A DNA stretch of 64,000 nt, taken from contig OX597820.1 in the NCBI GenBank assembly GCA_951406725.2, forward strand, positions 67,828,001 through 67,892,000. Reading direction: 5' to 3'. This document shows, one piece after another, positions 54,452 to 64,000 of the stretch. Origin of the DNA: Octopus vulgaris. Lineage: Eukaryota. How positions within the stretch are numbered: position 1 is the first letter of the stretch; every line of letters begins with the position of its first letter. Made by a program: the position numbers and the translations under genes. The notes under the pieces were generated by a model. The model was not told where the DNA came from. It saw only the letters and a program-made list of their open reading frames with translations, and ran no database searches.

Positions 54452-55739
54452 ACCGTTTGTATATGCGTATATTTGTACATATATATGCTGATACGCTTAT
54501 GTGTGCGTCTATATACAAACAAAAGAATAGTGCGTTATATATAGCATATGCGCTTTTATGCATTTAAGCATGTATATATGTACTTATATTTGTTGTCTGA
54601 ATGTGGTGGATTGGTTAAGTTCACTTCGAAACATCCAAACATAAGTACATTCACACACAGATACACACACACATACAGTGTAAATATATTTGCATGTGTA
54701 TGTTTGTTTTTACGAGCCTCGTATCACTTTGTGAACTTCGACCTCTGCGTCCTCGGCTTTTTTGCCTCAAGTTGTCCTACCCAGTTCAAATATCTAATCT
54801 CACCTTTTTCTAAGGCGGTTCTAGAGTGACCGTTATGACACGGCTTCGTTTGAAACAAGCGGTAACACTCTTGACAGGATTGATCGGAATCTTTCACTGC
54901 CCTTGGTTACCCTCTTGCCTCTCACTTGTTGCTTCTGATGTTCCGATATTTTTTATTTGTCACCAAAACCTCAGAGATGCCTCTATTGCGTTCTATCCTC
55001 CGTAACTATACACTTTCCAAGTGACTATACACTTTGGTTAAACCACAAGATTCTGTGTGGAGAATAAGGTGAAGGACATCCTAGATTGACGAATGTTTTC
55101 AGCTCACTTATGGGGAGTGTCTACATCATTCGTTTTCAGATTTGAGAATTAATACTAAGTACAAACAGTAAAAAAGCACCAATTTTCTCAATCGTCACGT
55201 GCCTCAGCTATGCGTAACAATGAATGAATTAATTAAGATGGACATAAATTTATTTGCATACAGTTATATAAACATTTAGTCTTGCAGATCAAACGGCCAT
55301 ACAACATGCTCTCCCAGTGGTTTAGCTCAGGGTTCCTCAAAGAAGGTGTTAAAATTAAACCCTCTTTCCAATTGAGGACCGCTATCAGGACAGAGGCATG
55401 GGAACACGGTGGTTAACTTATCATATTTAATAAAATAAACGTCTTTCACATTTTAAAATTCGTCCATTGTTTGCTTTAAAAAATGGCGTTAAAAGACGGT
55501 ATACAAATACTGACGATGAGGTGGGTGGTCATATAAACTGGGAAATGCTGTACGTGGGGTGGCGGCGAGAGTTTGCAAAATACAACTTTAGCTAATTTAT
55601 ATACATACATGTACATGTATATAAATAAAAACACATAAGAGTACACACGCTCATGCATGCACAAATACACAAACTCATACATATGTTATTTATACAATAT
55701 TAGAAATTTAACCTCATAACAGTTAATTCTGATCAATAT

Positions 55740-56130
55740 TACTCTTTACTTGTTTCAGTCTGGGGTCATGCTGGAGCACCGCCTTTAGTCGAGCAAATCG
55801 ACCACAGGACTTATTCTTTATAAGCCCAGTACTTATTCTATCGGTCTCTTTTGCCGAACCGCTAAGTGACGGTGACGTAAACACACCAGCATCGGTTGTC
55901 AAGCAATGCTAGAGGGACAAACACAGACACACAAACATATACACACACATACATATATGTATATATACGACAGGCTTCTTTCAGTTTCCGTCTACCAAAT
56001 CCACTCACAAGGCTTTGGTCGGCCCGTGGCTATAGCAGGAGACACTTGCCCAAGATGCCACGCAGTGGGACTGAACCCGGAACCATGTGGCTGGTTGGCA
56101 AGCTACTTACCACACAGCCACTCCTGCGTC
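55740..56130 (-). mobile_element. SINE A, full length
   Basis: Complete match to the family. Confidence 0.9.
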
Positions 56131-56424
56131 TATGGTTCTTTATCACAGAACCATCACCGAACAATTTCGTGTTAAAGAACACACACACACACACACAAAC
56201 AAACAAACATACACACGCACACACAAGCATACGCACACACAAGCATACGCACACACGCATAAGCACACGCATACAGCATATGCATTTATGTATGTTTGTG
56301 AGCGTCTGTATGTGTGTATGTATAGATCTCATGTTATCTATCTTCCTTGATAGACATGAGTATACATATCTATCTTTCTATCTATCTTTTGATCTATCAA
56401 CCTGTCTCTCTTTATATCTTTATA

Positions 56425-57140
56425 TATTTTACTTGTTTCAGTAATTACACTGCGGCCATGCTGGAGCACTGACCTGAAGAATTTTACTCGAATAAATTAA
56501 CCCAGTCCTTACTTTTTTGATTCCTGATAGTTATTCTATTGGGCACTTGTGCCGAACCGTTAAAGTACGGGGACGTAAACACACGAACACCAGTTCTCAA
56601 CCAGTGGTCGGGAGACAAGCACAAACACAAACGAAAGCACAAATACTCACGCATACACGTACACATGTATATATACGACACGCTTCTTTCAGTTTCCCTC
56701 CACCAGCATCACTCACAATTCACTCGGGTCGGCCCGAGGGTGTAGTAGAACACACTAACCCAAGATGACACGGAGTGGGACTGAACCTAGATCCATACAG
56801 TTGGGAAGCAAGCTTCTTACCACACAGTCACGGTTGCGCTTATATATGTATAAAGGCACAGGAGTGGCTGTGTGGTAAGTAGCTTGCTCACCAACCATAT
56901 ATATATATATATACATACACATACACGTGTGTGTGTACATGATTGTAGGTCTGTGTTTGTCCTTCCAACATTGCTTGACCAGAGATGCTGGTATATTTAT
57001 GCCTCCGTAACTTAGCGGTTCGGATAAAGAAACCGATAGAACAAGTACAAGGCTTATAAAGAATAAATCCTGGGGTTGACTTGCTCGACTAAAGGCTGTG
57101 TCCCAGCATGGCCGTAATCAAATGACCGAAACAAGTAAAA
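56425..57140. mobile_element. Head-to-head SINE A pair (56425-56840 minus; 56853-57140 plus, internally deleted)
   Basis: CTTCTTACCACACAGTCAC directly followed by GGCACAGGAGTGGCTGTGTGGTAAGTAGCTTGC. Confidence 0.8.
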
Positions 57141-57199
57141 TACATACATACATACATACATACATACATACATACATACATACATACATACATACATAA

Positions 57200-57278
<79 letters not shown>

Positions 57279-57331
57279 CATATACATACATATATATATT
57301 TACATACATGCATACAAACATATATATATTT

Positions 57332-57369
<38 letters not shown>

Positions 57370-57815
57370 GTCATATATATTATATATCAAATATAAATAT
57401 AGGCACACATGTTTAGGTGCATGTGTGTGAGTGCGTGTCTGTGTACCTGTGTACGCATGTGTGTTTAAGCATGTGTGAAAGTGTGTGTGTGTGTGTGTGT
57501 GCGTGTCCCCAGATACGTGTGAGTTACGGTGCACTTGCTACTAAGATTATATCCATTAAAGAACTACATGTTCGGTGTTCTAAGAATCTTGGTAGAAACG
57601 TAGATAATAACTTTGCATGCTGCTATATTTGAACGAACATTTCTTACATGAAATCTGCAACGCGGTTAAGATTATTTTCTCGAACAGAAATTCATACACG
57701 TAACTTAATATAAAATGATATATTTGGAAGCAATTTATATATATTCTTTTATTCTATTATTCTTTTATTTGTTTCAATGTGAAATATATGTATATATATA
57801 TATATATAAATACAT

Positions 57816-57848
<33 letters not shown>

Positions 57849-58150
57849 TATACACACAGGTGTAGTAACTTCTCACTATCTTGTAACTTCTCACTATTCT
57901 TTTATTTGTTTCAATGTGAAATATATGTATATATATATATAAATACATATACATACATACATACATACATATATATATATACACACAGGTGTAGTAACTT
58001 CTCACTATCTTGTTAAATTGTAATATCCGTCGAACAGTATATTTTACGGGACAAAAAGGAAACGTAAACAAGTACACGAAAGTGTACGCCTATACGCATA
58101 AACACAAGTACAAGCGCGCGCACACAGACACACACACACACACACACACA

Positions 58151-58186
<36 letters not shown>

Positions 58187-58276
58187 CACACACAAGTAAA
58201 CACACACGTACACACACATACAATCACACATCCGACATATGAACACATAAGCACGATTAAGCGAGTGTACACATAA

Positions 58277-58320
<44 letters not shown>

Positions 58321-59052
58321 GTGGGGTATGTTTTTATCTGTCTCTTCTGTTATTGGACTGCGGCTACGCTGGGGCACGGCAGTGAATGGTTCTGTTTGAA
58401 CAAATGCAGCCTCTGAACCTATTCTTTCTATTTATTCTATCGGTCACTTTTAATAAATCCTAAAACGATTGGGAGATAAACAAACCCACAACGGTTGTCA
58501 GGTGGTAGTGTATGTGGGATGAACACAAGCAGAAAGGCATATACGCACACACATAAATATATACACTAAATATATATCTATACACACACACACACACATA
58601 TATAAGTTTATACGTTTGTTTGTCTGTGTTTGTCCCCCACCCACCATTGCTTGACAACCGATGCTGGTGTGTTTACGTCCCCGTAACTTAGCTGTTCGGT
58701 AAGGGTGTCCGAGAGAATAGTCACTAGGCTTACAAAGTATAAGTCCTGGGGTTGATTTGTTCGACTAAAGTTAGTGCTCCAGTATGGTCGCAGTCAAATG
58801 ATTGAAACAAGTAAAAGAATAAAATAATTAAAAAAAATAAAGAACATGTATATAAAAATGGGTAAACGCATATATATGACGGGCTTTTTCCAGTTTCCGT
58901 CTACCAAATCCACTCGTAAGACTTTGTTCGGCCCCTACTATACAAAAGACAGTTGCCCTAGCTACCATGGAGTGGGACCGAACCCGGAACCACGTAGCTG
59001 GGAAGCAAACTTCTTAACACGCAATTATACAACTACATTTGCGTGTGTGTAA

Positions 59053-59445
59053 GGCGGCGAGCTGGCAGAATCGTTAGCACGCCGGGCGAAACGCGTAGCC
59101 GTATTTCGTCTGCCGTTACGTTGTGAGTTCAAATTCCGCCGAGGTCGACTTTGCCTTTCATCCTTTCGGGGTCGATAAATTAAGTACCAGTTACGCACTG
59201 GAGTCGATGTAATCGACTTAATCAGTTTCCCTGTCCTTTTTGTCCCCTCTGTGTTTAGCCCCTTATGGGTAAGTAAAGAAATAGGTATTACGTCTGTCCT
59301 TACGTTCTGAGTTCAAATTCCGTCGAGGTCAACTGTGCATTTCATCCTTTCAGAGTCGATAAATTAAGATATAGTTGCGTACTGGGGTCGATCTAATCGA
59401 CTGGTCCCTTCCCAGAAAATTTTGGGCCTTGTACTTAGAATGTAA
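59053..59445 (+). mobile_element. Dimeric SINE B (unit 1 with Tx1-like tail to ~59283; unit 2 headless)
   Basis: Two GAGTTCAAATTCCG..GAGGTC..TTTCATCCTTTC blocks separated by CTGTCCTTTTTGTCCCCTCT...TAAAGAAATA. Confidence 0.85.
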
Positions 59446-59770
59446 AAGTGTGTGTATATGTGTGTATAAACCACATTTCTAGTATGCTGACAGCATACTA
59501 GAAATAATATAATATTTTTCCTCCCGCGATTACAGATTTTTTTTTACATATCTGCGTACGCATAAACGATGTACATCTATAAATCTATAAATCTATACGG
59601 TTATATCAACACATAGACATGATTAGAACGCTTGTTCGCACGTGTACAAACACACACAGGAAACAGTTTATTATACATTCGTATATAATAGACACATATA
59701 TATAAGCATAAAATCATGTGCCTGACGATATTTAGGTATGTATACATATGTATACACACACTAGAGCATG

Positions 59771-59846
<76 letters not shown>

Positions 59847-60516
59847 ATGTAGATACTTGCATACAAAGGCATATATATAAATATATAGACTTAAGGCAAG
59901 GAACTCATATAAACGTATATATATATACATATATATATATATATTATTATATATATATATATATATATATACATAAATATATGTATATATGTATATACAT
60001 ATACATACATACAAATATATATACATATATATATATAATATATAATATATAATATATAATATATAATATATATATACAAATATACACTTAGAAACGAGAG
60101 CATATATTTTTTATGTTCATGTAAGTATAGTTATATGCATTCATATGTGCGCGCGTATATACGTTTATTCACGAGTGTTGTTTGTATGTACATCCATATA
60201 TATATATATGTACATATATAAATATATGTATATCCATATATATATATATATAGTCAATTTATGACTATATATATGTAGTGATAAATTGCTTTGAGTGGAG
60301 GTGTATGACTTGGTGGCTATGTGTGTGGGACTCATGACTCGGACGGTGCATTGAGTTCTTGATGAAAGCACGGACTTGGTGGTTTGTGTGTGGGACTCAT
60401 GACCACAGGATTGTGGTTTCAATTCTCGAATCGGACGGTGCATTGTGTTTTTGATGAAAGCACGTCAAATTCCGCGTCTCCACTTCGATCAGACAGCAAA
60501 AATGAGTAGTAATAAT

Positions 60517-60730
60517 TTTTTCTACTCTAGGCACAAGGCCCGGCATTTTTGGGGAGGGGGCCAGTCGATTACATCGACACCAGTACGCAACTGGTATATA
60601 ATTTATCAACCCCGAAAGGGTGAAAGGGAAAGTCGACCTCGGTAGCATTTGAACTCAGAACGTAAAGACAGACGAAATACCCCTAAGTATTTCGCCCGGC
60701 TTGCTAACGTTTCTTCCAACTTATCACCTT
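60517..60730 (-). mobile_element. SINE B monomer with 16-bp TSD
   Basis: TSD AATGAGTAGTAATAAT at 60501-60516 and 60731-60746. Confidence 0.88.
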
Positions 60731-61107
60731 AATGAGTAGTAATAATGCCACGGACTGGTTTCCAGTCCAGGAGTCCGGGATACCGGCTTTATGAGTCTTT
60801 GAGTCCATTTTAATAATTGTATATCTATATACATTATACGGAACTGTGTTCCTTCTGCATGTATATGAGTGGTGTGTACGTGCGTGGTGACGTGTGTGTC
60901 AGTGTGCCAACATGATAATAATACATGTTTATGTATTACCTATCAGTATACCTGAGTGAAAATTAAAAAAACCCAGTTAACATGGTATACTGTGTTTTCT
61001 ATTATAAGTCTGGGATGTTTTAGAGGGGATTTAGTGACAATTTTTACAAATAACTCGCACGTAACTTAGTATTCGGCAAAAATTGTGAAACGCGTATGTA
61101 GACGGAA

Positions 61108-61251
61108 ATAGAAAGGAGTCCACCTCACATGTGTATAGGTTTTTTTTTATATTTGTATATGTATATAAAGATATATATGTCATTATATAAATACATGTTT
61201 ATATGTTTACCTATATAGACATACAGTTACACACGCATACACAGATGTATC

Positions 61252-61296
<45 letters not shown>

Positions 61297-61422
61297 GTGG
61301 GTGCGTGTGTAACTGTATGTCTATATAGGTAAACATATAAACATGTATTTATATATATGACATATATATCTTTATATGCATATACAAATATAAAAACCTA
61401 TATACATGTGAGGTGGACTCCT

Positions 61423-61428
<6 letters not shown>
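61108..61428. repeat. Inverted duplication centred on a (TA)n tract
   Basis: ATAGAAAGGAGTCCACCTCACATG...ACAGAT / ATCTGT...CATGTGAGGTGGACTCCTTTCTAT. Confidence 0.88.
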
Positions 61429-61476
<48 letters not shown>

Positions 61477-61712
61477 ATGTAATAAATTTGTATATATCTA
61501 TATGCCAAAAGACATAAATAAAAAAGATTCATACAGAAAATTATCTATATACACACGCAGACACAAACACTCACACACACACACACTCACATACACACAC
61601 ACACACAGACACACAAAACACACACACACACACACACACAAAAACACACACACACACACATATACATATATATATATATATACATACACATATGTTGAAA
61701 TAAATATAAATA

Positions 61713-61770
<58 letters not shown>

Positions 61771-62131
61771 CGCGCGTATGTATTAATAAATATATAATTC
61801 TTCTGTATCTATACACATATATACATACATCTACACACACACACACACACACACACATATATGAGTGCATTAACAAATTTGTTCAAGGGACACCAGTTAT
61901 ATTGAGAAATATTAAGATTCACATGTGCACCCGCAGATGCTTTTATATGTATTACAAACACACAAGTGCGCGCAATCACGCACACATACAGCTGCATGTA
62001 TACATGCATATGGGTATGTATGTGTATATGTATGTACGTATGTATGTATATATTATACATATATATATAGATACATACATACATATATACATGTATGAAT
62101 GCATACATATACACATATGTATGTATGTATG

Positions 62132-62183
<52 letters not shown>

Positions 62184-62275
62184 TATATTTACCCTTCCAC
62201 ACGTGTAAATACATATATGTTCGTGTAGTTTTTAAATGAATATACTTACTCAATTAGATATACAAATATATCGAA

Positions 62276-62360
<85 letters not shown>

Positions 62361-62457
62361 CATTTATCTTCCCTTCCCTCACTCTCTCTCCCTTTCTCCC
62401 TCTCTGTATAAATGTGTGTTTATATATATATATAACTATATGTATATATATGTATAT

Positions 62458-62493
<36 letters not shown>

Positions 62494-62726
62494 CATACAC
62501 ACGTACATACATACACACACACGCACGCATACACACACACACACACACACATATGTGTGTGTGTGTGTGTGTCTATGTGCGTGCGTGTACGTATGTACAT
62601 TTAGATGCACGTTGATAGAGACATGGGTGGAAAGGCGACAATGTTGGTCTAACGTGCCTATTATGAATGAATTTTATCTAATGGTGTAACTGCATTCATA
62701 TTTCAATATATATATATTCATATTCG

Positions 62727-62762
<36 letters not shown>

Positions 62763-63133
62763 TAGACACATCCATATATATTTATATTATATTATATTAT
62801 GTTATATATATATAGACACATATACTTATATATAAATAACCATGTATATATAGATACATACATATATATACATATATATTGCATATATATATACACATAC
62901 ACGCGCTTACACACACACACACACACACACACACAAGTGGAAGATACCTGCTCGGAAATCTTTATAAACGTGTTCGTGTGGAAATACTCCACATATCGTA
63001 TACCTACATATGTGCATACATGTTTCCCCTCTCTCTATCTATATATACATACGTATATATATACACACACACACACACAGTAAACATGTATACACATATG
63101 TAGGTATACGATCTGTAGAGTATTTACTGTAGA

Positions 63134-63180
<47 letters not shown>

Positions 63181-63189
63181 TGAGAGTGA

Positions 63190-63231
<42 letters not shown>

Positions 63232-63785
63232 TTACTGTGTGTGTGTATGTTTGCGTGTGTGTGTGTTAATGAGTATATGTGCATCTATGTGTGTGTGTGT
63301 GAGTGTGTGTGTGTGTAATCTCGCTGCAATTTGGTCTATGTAATTATCTGTATTGAAATGTACTTGTCACCTTAACCGCAAGCTACCTGTCCCAGTGTGA
63401 GACCTCACATATATGAATATATATATATATATATTTAAATTATGAAATATATCACCGCTATACTCATTCAAATTTCTCTAGTTTTTATGTTCTAAGGTTT
63501 TCCTTTTTATATATTTTAGTTTCTCTCCCATAAAACTATCATCTTTACAAGGAAGACTCTCTTTTTAATTCTCAGGAGGAGTTCAGAAAGCACGGACGCT
63601 CATTTATCGCTCCTCCATGACTCATAATTACGAACATCTCCTCCTGATACCCCGTAAAGTTTCAGTTATTAGCACTATTCGGAAAATTCTATCTCGACCT
63701 TCCTTGATTTAGGCTCTGAGCTTGTGTTTCCTCGTGTCCCCTCCACAAAACGACAATGTTTATTTCCGTGCTCATTTCCGTATTA

Positions 63786-64000
63786 TCTATATATATAAAA
63801 CTGTAGTTGTGTGAGTGTCTGTCCCCTTCGATTTAGATTCCTAACTACTCCCACATTTTGCGGTGCAGTTTAACCAAATTCGGGTATCTTATAGTCGTGA
63901 TTCATATCGAGCCCGTCTGAGTATTAGCGTGCATCTACGATGAGTCTACGATTTTAAAAATAATTTAACATCATTTTTTATTCCATTTTAATGCATAATT
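63786..64000 (+). mobile_element. Non-autonomous Helitron, same family as 37114-37407 (runs off the window)
   Basis: A|TC start; GATTTAGATTCCTAACTACTCCCACATTTTGCGGTGCAGTTTAACCAAA is shared with the 37114 copy. Confidence 0.85.

Noticed and set aside
54830-55140. Possible RTE-like remnants here and at 14570-15000 and 21880-22190
   Set aside because: Composition is suggestive, but no motif could be read with confidence.

Overview
Eukaryotic, AT-rich, repeat-saturated DNA with no confidently identifiable host gene. The very dense (TA)n/(CA)n/(TATC)n microsatellites and the tRNA-derived SINE set resemble an octopus (coleoid cephalopod) genome; this is an inference. The main feature is a full-length 5.4-kb Tx1/L1-clade non-LTR retrotransposon (3760-9196) with an intact 1133-aa APE-RT-CCHC ORF2. 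It sits, with a perfect 16-bp TSD, between the A and B boxes of a tRNA-derived SINE head. A sister Tx1 family occurs as two truncated copies stacked in one (TATC)n tract. R4/Dong-type RLE LINE fragments abut a (TAA)n tract. Also present: a CR1-like LINE 3' end, a Penelope GIY-YIG remnant, about nine hammerhead-ribozyme-like motifs in Penelope-type short repeats (two pairs back-to-back in inverted repeats), a decayed autonomous Helitron plus non-autonomous Helitrons, Tc1/mariner-like MITEs, several long fold-back palindromes and four SINE families (labelled A-D here). Nearly all short ORFs in the track are microsatellite translations. All alignments were done by eye, and ends of degraded repeats are approximate.
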